Source: Nitrospirota bacterium (lineage in GTDB: Bacteria; Nitrospirota; UBA9217). From it: DNA of 64,000 nt. This document shows, one piece after another, positions 39,453-51,666 of the stretch (position 1 is the first letter of the stretch; each line of letters starts with the position of its first letter). The position numbers and the translations under genes were made by a program. The stretch is from the NCBI GenBank assembly GCA_963737155.1, contig CAVTRN010000002.1:1408001-1472000 (forward strand), read 5' to 3'. Below the pieces are notes generated by a model, which saw nothing but the letters and a program-made list of their open reading frames with translations, did no database searches and was not told where the DNA came from.

Positions 39453-40856
39453 ATGGCGAAACTAAGTGCAGAGGCGAAGGTGGGCCTGCTGGTGATTGTG
39501 GGTTCATTAATCCTTCTATACATGACCTTGTCCGTCGGAAAGTTCGAGTTTGGAGAAAAAAAAGGATATATTCTACAGGCAACCTTTGATTCCGTCGACG
39601 GAATCGATGCCAAGTCCGCAGTGCGTATGGCCGGAGTAAATATCGGTATCGTTGAAAAGGTCGGCCTCGCGGGCAGCCGCGCCCTCGTCACCATGCGTAT
39701 CGAGCCGAACGTGCATATCCCGCGTACCACTGAAGCGGTGATAAAAACCATGGGCCTTCTCGGCGATAAATATGTGGAATTTGTGCCAGTCAAAACAGAA
39801 TTGGCCATTGCGGGGCAGCATCCCTACTACGAGAACGGCGACAAGGTCCAGATTACCGTTTCACCGAGCGATGTAGACAAGCTTATCAACCAGCTTTCCG
39901 ACATTTCTGACGACGTCAAGCACATAACGGGTTCACTCCGGCAAGTCATCGGGACCGAGAATGGTACGCGGTCCATGGAAGACATACTGAACGACGTGCG
40001 TCAGACAACGGCAAACATAAAGGATTTTTCGTCCACTCTGCAGACCAATGGCAGTGAACTTGTCATGCGGCTTAATGAGCTGGCTGAAAATCTTAACGGC
40101 ACCGTGACCGAAAACCGCGATAACCTTCGGGTGACCATGGAGAACGTCCGGGAAGCGTCGAAAAATGCCGAGACGGCACTGACCTCCATTGATAACGCGG
40201 CACGGAAAATTGACAGCGGCGAAGGCACTCTTGGTAAGCTCATAAGTGATGATAGCATGTACAACAACATCAACAGCGCTGCCGCTGGACTTGATGATTA
40301 CCTCTCACGCGTTCAGCGAATGCAAACGATCGTCGGGTTCCGGACCGAGTATATGTTCCCCCAGTCACAGAGTTATGCGACCCTGGAGCTAAAACCGCGT
40401 CCGGATACATATTACATATTTGAACTAACGGACGACCCATTCGGGAGCTTTACGAGAACGGTGACATCCAACACGCCGCCCGGCACCACGGTGGTGCAGG
40501 AAACCTATGAGGACAAATACAAATTCAGTGTTGAATTCGCAAAGCGGTGGGGGAATCTTGCGCTCCGTCTCGGGCTTATCGAATCCACCGGTGGCGCCGG
40601 GGCCGATTATTTTGCTTTTGATGACCGGCTAAAGTTCAGTGTTGACGCTTTTAACTTCAACAGCACGGAACCCGAAAATTTACACGCCCATGTGAAGTTG
40701 ACAGCCAATTACAGCCTAAATAAAACCCTGTTCCTGAATGCCGGCTATGATAACATACTGAACGTCCGCCGTGCTTTGCCTTTTGTTGGACTCGGCCTGC
40801 GATTCGATGATGAAGATCTGAAGTATTTAATGGGAAGCGTGCCGATACCTAAGTAG
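39453..40856 (+). CDS. mlaD: MCE/MlaD protein with long helical region and C-terminal beta-rich domain
   Basis: EAKVG TM, VRMAGVNIG, GLLGDKYVE, EGTLGKLI, alternating beta-strand C-terminus. Confidence 0.88.
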   Translation: MAKLSAEAKVGLLVIVGSLILLYMTLSVGKFEFGEKKGYILQATFDSVDGIDAKSAVRMAGVNIGIVEKVGLAGSRALVTMRIEPNVHIPRTTEAVIKTMGLLGDKYVEFVPVKTELAIAGQHPYYENGDKVQITVSPSDVDKLINQLSDISDDVKHITGSLRQVIGTENGTRSMEDILNDVRQTTANIKDFSSTLQTNGSELVMRLNELAENLNGTVTENRDNLRVTMENVREASKNAETALTSIDNAARKIDSGEGTLGKLISDDSMYNNINSAAAGLDDYLSRVQRMQTIVGFRTEYMFPQSQSYATLELKPRPDTYYIFELTDDPFGSFTRTVTSNTPPGTTVVQETYEDKYKFSVEFAKRWGNLALRLGLIESTGGAGADYFAFDDRLKFSVDAFNFNSTEPENLHAHVKLTANYSLNKTLFLNAGYDNILNVRRALPFVGLGLRFDDEDLKYLMGSVPIPK

Positions 40857-40881
40857 CTGCCAGTCCCGCCCTTATCTTACC

Positions 40882-40910
40882 TTGACATTTATGGTGCAGT
40901 TTCATAGAAT
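40882..40910 (+). promoter_or_regulatory. Sigma70 promoter of galU(-lon)
   Basis: TTGACA-17 nt-TAGAAT. Confidence 0.7.
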
Positions 40911-40928
40911 GCTTTCGAGGAGAGAACT

Positions 40929-41798
40929 GTGAAGAATTTGATTACGAAAGCGGTTTTTCCCGCTGCGGGTTTAGGTACGCGTTTTTTGCCTGCAACCAAG
41001 GCATCACCAAAGGAGATGATGCCGCTTGTGGACAAACCGCTCATTCAATATGTCGTGGAAGAGGCGGTTGCGTCTGGTATCGACCAGGTGGTTGTTGTTA
41101 CCGGCCGTAACAAACGCGCCATCGAGGATCACTTTGATGTCGCCTTTGAACTTGAGGAGGACCTCAAGGCGAAGGGGAAGTACAAACTACTCTCGGAGGT
41201 GCAGCGTATCGCGCACCTGGTGACGTTCTGCTATATTCGTCAGAAGCAAGCGCTTGGGCTGGGGCATGCCGTGCTGACAGCCAAACGTGTAGTCGGTCAC
41301 GAGCCCTTTGCCGTACTTCTGGGTGACGACATCATTGATGCTGAAACACCGGCGCTAAAACAAATGATGGAGGCTTTTAAATGCTACCCGGCGACCATTC
41401 TTGCGATCCAGAAAGTGCATAAATCACAGACCAAACACTATGGAATTATCGATGCAAAAAAAATCGAGGATCGCGTTTACCTCGTAAAAGATCTCGTGGA
41501 AAAACCTGCACCTGAAGAAGCACCATCCAATCTTGCGATCATCGGGCGCTATATTCTTGCCCCGGAAATATTTGAATGCCTTGAACACACTCAGCCTGGC
41601 AAGGGCGGAGAAATCCAGCTGACCGACGGGATTCGGCTTCTTATGGAGAAACAGCCGATATATGCCTACGAGTTTGACGGCATCCGCCATGATGCCGGCG
41701 ATAAGCTGGGATTCCTCAAGGCAACAGTGGAATTCGGACTGAAAAATACTGAATTTGGAGATGAATTCAGGAGTTATCTGAAAAAAATGAAGCTTTAA
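40929..41798 (+). CDS. galU: UTP-glucose-1-phosphate uridylyltransferase
   Basis: PAAGLGTRFLPATKASPKEM, LGLGHA, VEKP, EIQLTD. Confidence 0.96.
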   Translation: MKNLITKAVFPAAGLGTRFLPATKASPKEMMPLVDKPLIQYVVEEAVASGIDQVVVVTGRNKRAIEDHFDVAFELEEDLKAKGKYKLLSEVQRIAHLVTFCYIRQKQALGLGHAVLTAKRVVGHEPFAVLLGDDIIDAETPALKQMMEAFKCYPATILAIQKVHKSQTKHYGIIDAKKIEDRVYLVKDLVEKPAPEEAPSNLAIIGRYILAPEIFECLEHTQPGKGGEIQLTDGIRLLMEKQPIYAYEFDGIRHDAGDKLGFLKATVEFGLKNTEFGDEFRSYLKKMKL

Positions 41799-41855
41799 AA
41801 AAATGAGCGGGCGTGATTGTTGGTCGGGAAGAGCGTCTAAAATGAGGAGGATGGT

Positions 41856-44267
<2,412 letters not shown>

Positions 44268-44358
44268 GAAGCGATTATCGGAAGGCAGAAGACAAAGGCT
44301 CGCTCAACGCGGCCTGCGGCTCTCTCTGTAACTCCGGTTCTCCGCGGCAATAAATATC

Positions 44359-45387
44359 ATGAAAATTTCGAGTTTGGGTGAGTTCGGTCTGATCGAGAAG
44401 ATCAGAAAGTCGGCCATCCGCAGTTCCACTGCGGTGATAGTCGGCATAGGGGACGATGCAGCGGCGCTCAAGGTGTCCGCATCGGCATTATTACTTGCAA
44501 CGACTGACATGCTGGTCGAGGGTGTGCATTTTGATCTCGCCTATACTGATTTGTACTCACTCGGATGGAAGTCCGCCGCTGTCAATCTAAGTGATATCGC
44601 GGCAATGGGCGGCATACCCCGGTTTTGTTTAACCTCCCTTGGCATTCCTCCCGTTCTTTCCGTGGAACAGATCTCTGATTTTTATCAAGGGTTCAATGCT
44701 GTCCTCCGCGCACACCACACAGCTCTCGTAGGAGGGGATACCTGTTCTTCCAGACATGGGCTTACGGTAAGTGTAACCGTTCTCGGAGAAGTCGAGAAAA
44801 CACGCGTTTTGACTCGTGCAGGCGCGAAACCCGGAGACCGAATCTTCGTTACGGGGGAACTCGGGGATTCGGCGGCAGGGCTGGAAATCCTGAAATACAG
44901 GGCCAAAGGATGGAGGGCAAGGCGAACTTTAGCGGTTCCAAAAAGGTTGATTGAGACACATCTTCGGCCCACCCCGCGGATGGAATGGGGGAGAACAATC
45001 GCTCGCTCCCGTTGTGCTCATGCAATGATTGATATCAGCGATGGACTTTCGTCTGACCTTGGACATATTTGCGAGCAAAGCCGTGTCGGTGCGGTGATAG
45101 CGGCCGAGAAGATACCCTTATCCCTGGCGCTCCGCAAAGCGGCTGCTCATCTCGTTAACATACCGTTTCATTATGCCTTGTCTGGGGGAGAGGATTATGA
45201 ACTCCTGTTCACAGCTTCAGTTGAAAAGTTGAGAAAACTCAGGTCTCTCGAAGTTCCTCTGCACGAAATCGGTGAAATAACTCAAGATCGCGCTATGCTG
45301 ATTGTAGATCAAGACGGCAAACAAAAGCCACTCAGAGCAACGGGCTATACTCATTTTGCAAAGGAGTCCGAAGAAGCGCATTCGTAA
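44359..45387 (+). CDS. thiL: Thiamine-monophosphate kinase
   Basis: GEFGLI, GIGDDAA, NLSDIAAMG, GGDT, DISDGL, GGEDYELLFT. Confidence 0.95.
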   Translation: MKISSLGEFGLIEKIRKSAIRSSTAVIVGIGDDAAALKVSASALLLATTDMLVEGVHFDLAYTDLYSLGWKSAAVNLSDIAAMGGIPRFCLTSLGIPPVLSVEQISDFYQGFNAVLRAHHTALVGGDTCSSRHGLTVSVTVLGEVEKTRVLTRAGAKPGDRIFVTGELGDSAAGLEILKYRAKGWRARRTLAVPKRLIETHLRPTPRMEWGRTIARSRCAHAMIDISDGLSSDLGHICEQSRVGAVIAAEKIPLSLALRKAAAHLVNIPFHYALSGGEDYELLFTASVEKLRKLRSLEVPLHEIGEITQDRAMLIVDQDGKQKPLRATGYTHFAKESEEAHS

Positions 45388-45416
45388 CAGAGCTGACGAC
45401 GACCATGCCTGTAAGA

Positions 45417-45866
45417 ATGGTAAAAAAATACCTGCGGGATAGGCTTCATGCATTGATCAAACTCGATGAACCGCCACACGAACTTGCGCTTGCCTTTGCC
45501 CTTGGCGTTTTTGTTGCATTCAGCCCGACGATAGGGCTTCACGTGATTACGTGCCTCGTACTAGGGTGGATATTTCGGCTGAACAAACTCGTAATTGTAA
45601 CGGCGTCGTTTATCAATAATCCTTGGACCGTTGTTCCGATCTACGGGTTCTGTATATGGCTCGGCATCAATATTACCGGTGAAAATAGAGTCGTTCCCCG
45701 TATTGCGTGGGACCAACTCAGCTTTGGGAACTCATTCATTGTTTTAAAGCCCTACCTCTGGTCCTATGTAACCGGCACTCTGATCGTTGGCGCCGTTGCC
45801 GCTGTTATATCCTATATTTTCTTTTATTGTGTCATTGTCCGTTACCGCAGGGTGGAAAAAGGGTAA
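45417..45866 (+). CDS. DUF2062 domain membrane protein
   Basis: PHELALAFALGVFVAFSP, FRLNK, NNPWT. Confidence 0.85.
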   Translation: MVKKYLRDRLHALIKLDEPPHELALAFALGVFVAFSPTIGLHVITCLVLGWIFRLNKLVIVTASFINNPWTVVPIYGFCIWLGINITGENRVVPRIAWDQLSFGNSFIVLKPYLWSYVTGTLIVGAVAAVISYIFFYCVIVRYRRVEKG

Positions 45867-46105
45867 CTCGATCCTCAAACCCACCGCCGATGGATTTTCC
45901 TGACCTCGTCGCGGAAACAGCCCTCCGTGCCAGGGAAATTTCTCTTCAGAACCAGGATAACCTCCTAGTCAGTTACGGTGTAGTGCTGAATTGGGTCTGT
46001 CATGGCCCCAGTTTCCAATACCCGGATTCCCATTTCTTGACATTTGCGATTGCCCGGTGTATTAAATTCACAAGGCTGTGTGGAACATGCTACAAGAAGG
46101 CCGGT

Positions 46106-46375
46106 ATGACTATACTCAAAATATTATTGGCGCTCTTTTTTCTTTTTTTTGCTCCGGCAATAGGAATTGCAGATGAAGGACAAACAGGCAAGGAAAGCTT
46201 CAAAGAGGTTCACGAAGGCACGAAAAAAACGGTCAAATCCGTTGATAAAAAAGTTAATAAGAACTTGAAAGTCGCGGACAAGAAGGCAAAAGAATTTTGG
46301 AAGGCCGCGAATCGTGACGCGAAAAAGACCTGGAAGAAAATCATGCAGCATACAAAAAAGAGAACCAAGGACTGA
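46106..46375 (+). CDS. Small Lys-rich exported protein
   Basis: Signal-peptide-like MTILKILLALFFLFFAPAIGIA followed by an amphipathic basic helix. Confidence 0.6.
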   Translation: MTILKILLALFFLFFAPAIGIADEGQTGKESFKEVHEGTKKTVKSVDKKVNKNLKVADKKAKEFWKAANRDAKKTWKKIMQHTKKRTKD

Positions 46376-46438
46376 TAAGCCGATGCATCAAGGCTCCAGG
46401 TGTCAACTTTATCCCCTGCATCACTCCTCGCTTCTCAA

Positions 46439-46467
46439 TTGACATTGCGTCTTGACAATTATATTCT
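46439..46467 (+). promoter_or_regulatory. Probable sigma70 promoter about 200 nt upstream of the acyl-activating enzyme gene
   Basis: TTGACA-17 nt-TATTCT. Confidence 0.55.
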
Positions 46468-46672
46468 TTTAGTAGAAAAGTTCGTGACGGCAGAAGGGGA
46501 TTATTGTGCTTGTTGTGCGATTGTACTACCCGCTCTGCGGGCCGGTGACCAGAAGAAACGAGAACCTTTTTAAGAATATTCACGATTATCATCCCCATGC
46601 TCCCGTGATCCGGGAAGAAAGCTGTCGGACGGTATCGTATCGGCTGAGATCAATGAGAAAACGAGGTCTTGT

Positions 46673-49291
46673 ATGGTCCTGACCGAAATTCAGAAGGCTG
46701 CTGTGCGATATCCCGACCATATAGCCGTTCAAATGAAGGTCGGCGATCGATATGAACGCTATACCTATAGGGAGCTTATCAAAGCCATTGCTTCAGTGTC
46801 ACGGTCACTTTCGCAAAGGGGCATTAGCCGCGGTGACCGTCTTGTCCTGCTTTCTGAAAATCGAGTAGAATGGATGATCGCATACCTCGCGATCCTTTCG
46901 CTCGGCGCTGTTGCGGTGCCGCTTGATGCCCAACTGACTGACAAGGAAGTCAGACTTCTCGTGGCCTATTCCGACGCAAAAGCCGTCTTTGTGTCAGATC
47001 AGACACGTCAAAAGATTTTACGAGACAGCGGGCTTTTGATCATCGGATTTGATGAGGGGGAGGAGACGGCCTTTTCCAATTTCCTTGCCGCCTATCCATC
47101 TGCCGCTTTCCCAACTGCATCGGATGCTAGAGAATTTGCAGCGCTCCTGTACACCTCGGGAACCACTGGGGATCCGAAAGGTGTCATGCTATCGCAGGGC
47201 AACCTTGCATCTAATTGCGCGAGCTGTATCAAGCTCAAAATCGTCCAGCCCGATGATAATATGCTGCTGATCCTCCCTCTCCACCACACCTATCCCTCCA
47301 TGGCGTGCATGCTGCTGCCTTTTTCGGTAGGCGCTACCGTCACGATTCTGAACAGCATCAAGGGCCCAGATATTCTCGCATGCATGAAGGAAACGAATGT
47401 CAGTATCCTGCTCGGCGTGCCGCAGTTGTACTCAGGCATGCGTCGAGCTGTCTTTGATGGCATTCAAAAAAAATCCGCTCTCGTCCGTATTTTTATCAAA
47501 TTGCTCCTCACATTGAACGGGCAGCTCCGGCTGCGGCTGGGTGTAAATGTTGGGAAGGTTCTGTTCAGCAAGGTGCATGCCCAGTTCGGACCCAGCTTTA
47601 GGCTGTTTGCAAGCGGCGGCGCCCGGCTAGACGCGGACGTGTACACCGACATGACGAGGCTGGGGTTCACCATCATTGAGGGCTACGGTCTGACTGAAAC
47701 TTCACCGGTTTGCACGTTCAATCCCGTGACCAGACAGAAGGCGGGGTCTATCGGTATCCCGGTCCCCGGTGTGGAGGTACGAATAGTGGACCCCGATGGC
47801 AGTGGCCACGGCGAGCTTGCAATCCGTGGCGCAAACGTCATGCTTGGTTACTACAAAAAACCGCAGGAGACTGCGCAAGTTTTGCGGGATGGTTGGTTTT
47901 ATTCCGGTGACCTTGGATACCAGGACCGGGATGGATATTTTTTCGTCACCGGCCGGTCCAAAGAGATGATTGTGCTCGCGACTGGCAAAAAGATATTTCC
48001 CGAGGAATTGGAAAAGTACTATCGTCAGATTCCATCCATTAAAGAGATCTGCCTCATCCAGGGAGAGCGCGGACTCGAAGCCGCCGTGGTCCCGGACTTC
48101 GATTATCTCCGGAAGATGAACTTGTCCAATTCAAGAGAGACAATCGCCTTCGCAATCGAGGATATTGCCAAGGATCTTCCGTCGTACAAACGGATCACCG
48201 GATTAAAAATATTCAAGGAACCGCTGCCTGTAACGCGTCTTGGCAAAATCAGGCGGACCAAGGTGAAGGTACTGTACAGCCAGTCGGACAAACGGGTTGA
48301 GGAAAAGGTTCAGGCACCCGATACCTGGCCGCAGGCAGATCCGGTAATGAAGAAGCTGATTACCTGTCTTGAGCCATTTTCCGCGAAAAAACAGATCATC
48401 CCAGACGATAACCTGGAGATCGATCTAGGGCTCGATTCGCTTGCTCGTGTTGAAATGGTAGTCAGCATAGAAAAATCGTTCGGCATCAGTCTTCCTGATA
48501 CGTTTGGTTCCGAGGTTTTTACCGTGAAGGACGTTATCCTGAAGATCCAGCAGTTACTGGAAACCGCCGGTGTGGTCGAGTCGGGTAGCAACGTGAAAAT
48601 GACCTGGACCGAGATCCTGTCTCAGGTACCGTCGAAGGAAATTCTCTCACTACTCAAACTCGAACGCGGCGCGATAATTGATACTTTCCGGTATGTATTG
48701 CAGCTCATTCTCAGGATCGTTTTTGCAGTCTACGGCCGGTTGTCGGTGCACGGGCTAGAAAACCTTCCGGGGAAAGGCCCGTTTATCATCGCGCCGAACC
48801 ACCTTAGCCTCGTCGATGCACCGGCAGTAATGGCAGCATTGCCTTGGCCCATCGCATCGCAGACTTTCTCTCTCGGGACAACGGCTTACTTCGGTGGGCC
48901 GGTTTCCTCGAAGATAGCAAGGCTTGTGAATGTGATACCGGTTGACATGGATGCGCGACTCTATAGCGCGATGCAATTATCGGCATATGTACTTCGCCGG
49001 GGCAAGATCCTCTGCATATTTCCCGAAGGCGGTCGGTCACGCGATGGCGGCGTCAAGGATTTCAAAAAAGGAGTCGGCATCATTGCAAAGGAATTAAATA
49101 TCCCGCTCATTCCTGTCGCTATCCAGGGTACTTACGAAATGCTTCCCTCGGGAAAATATATACCGAAACCCGCAAGGGTAACCATCACCATCGGTAAGGC
49201 GATTTATCCCGATTCTATGGATTATGACGAGATCGTAAAAACCGTGTCTCAGGAGATTGTGAAGATGCTGGGACCGAGATCGCGTCCATAG
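46673..49291 (+). CDS. Long-chain acyl-activating (AMP-binding) / carrier domain / PlsC-type acyltransferase fusion
   Basis: YTSGTTGDPKG, EGYGLTE, SGDLG; DLGLDSL carrier motif; NHLSLVD and FPEGGRS acyltransferase motifs. Confidence 0.88.
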   Translation: MVLTEIQKAAVRYPDHIAVQMKVGDRYERYTYRELIKAIASVSRSLSQRGISRGDRLVLLSENRVEWMIAYLAILSLGAVAVPLDAQLTDKEVRLLVAYSDAKAVFVSDQTRQKILRDSGLLIIGFDEGEETAFSNFLAAYPSAAFPTASDAREFAALLYTSGTTGDPKGVMLSQGNLASNCASCIKLKIVQPDDNMLLILPLHHTYPSMACMLLPFSVGATVTILNSIKGPDILACMKETNVSILLGVPQLYSGMRRAVFDGIQKKSALVRIFIKLLLTLNGQLRLRLGVNVGKVLFSKVHAQFGPSFRLFASGGARLDADVYTDMTRLGFTIIEGYGLTETSPVCTFNPVTRQKAGSIGIPVPGVEVRIVDPDGSGHGELAIRGANVMLGYYKKPQETAQVLRDGWFYSGDLGYQDRDGYFFVTGRSKEMIVLATGKKIFPEELEKYYRQIPSIKEICLIQGERGLEAAVVPDFDYLRKMNLSNSRETIAFAIEDIAKDLPSYKRITGLKIFKEPLPVTRLGKIRRTKVKVLYSQSDKRVEEKVQAPDTWPQADPVMKKLITCLEPFSAKKQIIPDDNLEIDLGLDSLARVEMVVSIEKSFGISLPDTFGSEVFTVKDVILKIQQLLETAGVVESGSNVKMTWTEILSQVPSKEILSLLKLERGAIIDTFRYVLQLILRIVFAVYGRLSVHGLENLPGKGPFIIAPNHLSLVDAPAVMAALPWPIASQTFSLGTTAYFGGPVSSKIARLVNVIPVDMDARLYSAMQLSAYVLRRGKILCIFPEGGRSRDGGVKDFKKGVGIIAKELNIPLIPVAIQGTYEMLPSGKYIPKPARVTITIGKAIYPDSMDYDEIVKTVSQEIVKMLGPRSRP

Positions 49292-49318
49292 CGTCGATGC
49301 CGTTGCAAAGGTGAGCAT

Positions 49319-50170
49319 ATGCTGAAAAAAATGAAGATCATTCTCGAAATGATCAAGTTTGAACACACAATCTTTGCACTTCCTTTTGCGTTTACGGGAG
49401 CGGTGCTCGCTGCACGGGGGATCCCGACACTGAGGACAATCCTCTGGATAACGGTGGCCATGTTTGGCGCTCGGTCTGCGGCAATGGGCTTTAATCGCTG
49501 GGCTGATCGGAAGTTCGATGCCGCGAATCCAAGGACCAGAACCAGGGCACTTCCCGTGGGAATTGTTTCGCCGGGACAGGTGATCCTGTTTACGGTGGCA
49601 TCATCGGCGCTCCTCATCTTGGCGGCATACATGCTGAATCCGCTGTCCTTTTATCTTTCTCCGGTGGCGCTTGCCATCGTGTTCTTCTATTCCTACACAA
49701 AACGGTTTACCTATCTTTCACACCTGTTTCTCGGATTGGCAATTTCTGGCGCGCCCTTGGGCGCCTGGATAGCGGTTGCTGGCAGGGTTAGTGTCCCGGC
49801 ATTCGTTCTAGGCCTTGCTGTGCTTTTCTGGCTCATGGGCTTCGATACGCTCTACGCGCTCCAAGACATGGAATTCGACCACAGAGCCGGTCTTCATTCG
49901 ATACCGCAGCGCTTTGGTGTTCGGCGCTCGCTCTGGATATCACGGGCAGCGCATACGGTCACGATGGGTTCACTGTTCTGGCTTGGCGCACTACTCTCTC
50001 TCGGCTGGGTCTATTTCACCGGGGTCGGCATTTCCCTGGTTCTGATCGTTTATGAGCATACCCTCGTCAAAGAAAACGACCTTTCGAAACTGAATTTCGC
50101 ATTTTTTAATATGAACGGCTATATCAGCATGACGATTTTTATCTTTACGCTCTTCGGCCTGTTGGTGTGA
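49319..50170 (+). CDS. UbiA-family prenyltransferase (MqnP-like)
   Basis: MIKFEHTIFALPFA, NRWADRKFDAANPRT, YSYTKRFT, FDTLYALQD, AFFNMNG. Confidence 0.9.
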   Translation: MLKKMKIILEMIKFEHTIFALPFAFTGAVLAARGIPTLRTILWITVAMFGARSAAMGFNRWADRKFDAANPRTRTRALPVGIVSPGQVILFTVASSALLILAAYMLNPLSFYLSPVALAIVFFYSYTKRFTYLSHLFLGLAISGAPLGAWIAVAGRVSVPAFVLGLAVLFWLMGFDTLYALQDMEFDHRAGLHSIPQRFGVRRSLWISRAAHTVTMGSLFWLGALLSLGWVYFTGVGISLVLIVYEHTLVKENDLSKLNFAFFNMNGYISMTIFIFTLFGLLV

Positions 50171-50242
50171 TAATGGAGCAAAAAGGCCGCAGTTTGGCTG
50201 TTGCATGGCATGTATGTATCATGGACATCTGTAAAACTTCCC

Positions 50243-50271
50243 TTGACAATCATTGTCGTTCTAATTATATT
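50243..50271 (+). promoter_or_regulatory. Sigma70 promoter of tRNA-Leu
   Basis: TTGACA-17 nt-TATATT, 10 nt before the tRNA. Confidence 0.7.
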
Positions 50272-50281
50272 AATGCACTAT

Positions 50282-50368
50282 GCCGAAGTGGTGGAACTGG
50301 TAGACGCGCTGCGTTCAGGGCGCAGTGGGAGCAATCCCGTGGGGGTTCGAGTCCCCCCTTCGGCACCA
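50282..50368 (+). tRNA. tRNA-Leu(CAG)
   Basis: Acceptor GCCGAAG/CTTCGGC-ACCA, anticodon arm CTGCG-TTCAGGG-CGCAG, long variable arm, GGTTCGAGTCC T-arm. Confidence 0.97.
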
Positions 50369-50919
50369 TTTTGATATTCATAACTTTCGGGGATATAGCC
50401 CAGAAGAATATCATCAATTCCCCAAGTCTCTGAATGTGTCATAGAAGTAGAACTAGATAACGCTCTTATCCTTCATTATGCCTATCCTGTCAAAAAAATA
50501 ACCGACCATGTCTTCTCTTCCCCAAGTGTTTATTTGCATTTCTCCAAACATCCTTATGTTACTTGCCTATTCTTTGACACAGTCAAATAACGAAATTACA
50601 ACTTATTTGGATCTAGAGGGAAGTGTAGTGATATGAACCGTTTTCCTTCATGAAAGGTTCGGGTTTCGGAAATCTAAATGTTCAACAATAAGTTTCGTGG
50701 TCTTGTAGATAAGAACAGCACGTTGTATTACCCAGTTGATCTTTTTTTTCATAAACTCACGAAGGTTGTCGGCGATCTGATTCTGCCTGGGATGACTGGG
50801 TCTTCAAAACTTGACACTGCCTGATCTGTGCCAGTGACGTGATCAGAAAAGCGTGTTTTATAAGCATGGAGAAGAATATCCTGTTCGAAAGATCTCTTTA
50901 TCAAAAAACGTGCTGAAGA

Positions 50920-51441
50920 CCACGGGCGTATGCCTGTGGATGAAAGTGTACCAGCCTAGGCTGGTGATTTTTTTAACAATACAATGGCAATATGGAAATT
51001 CAACATAGTGCCCATGGAGCATATCTTCACCAAGACCACCTTGTATGGCTACCCTGGTATCAGAAGCGAATATTGAATGGAGCGTTGAAACAATTCGCAG
51101 AAAAGTGGTTGCAAGATATTGAAACGTATCATTCCGACATAGACATCTAGCGGTATGGCAGTCAAAAAGATCATGCCCACCTGATTATCGTGATACCGCC
51201 GAGATATTGGGTATTGACGATTTCGGGAAAAATAAAAACGAATTCGAGTAGTGCAGTAAGTAAATAGTTTGCTTGGATCAAGAATATATATTGGCGAGAT
51301 GAATTCTGGTCATTTGGGTTCTTTCTATCTACGATTGGATTACATGAAGAGATAATAAAGCTATACGTGGCATTTTAAGAAAAGGTTGATAAATGCAGGT
51401 GAAGTTAGGTTTTTGAAAGTGCCAAAGGCGCAAGCCCGTGG
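50920..51441 (+). mobile_element. tnpA: Decayed IS200-type element (tnpA pseudogene 50992-~51400 with terminal hairpins)
   Basis: MEIQHSAHGAY..HLVW, HUH motif DHAHLII, FWS.GFF.STIG...IIK.Y; in-frame stops at 51148, 51265, 51376; flanking CCACGGGCGTATGCCTGTGG and CCAAAGGCGCAAGCCCGTGG. Confidence 0.85.
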
Positions 51442-51666
51442 GTATGTACTGAAGAGCAAGTAGTCAGGGACGCTGCTAGGGAAATGTTTAACTAAAATTA
51501 TTCTCCGGTGTCATAAACATATTATATGATTCTAGCCCGGGTCGAAAATAGTTTGTGCTGGGAGTATTTCCCTTGTTCGATTAGAAAATAGGATTTATTG
51601 AGCATATTATGCATCGGTGTGTTTTTTGTACCGAGACTGACATAATGAAAGTCCATTGACCCTGGC

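Noticed and set aside
45707-46105. N-terminal extension of the 222-aa ORF
   Set aside because: Overlaps DUF2062 and non-coding DNA; the signal peptide starts at ATG 46106
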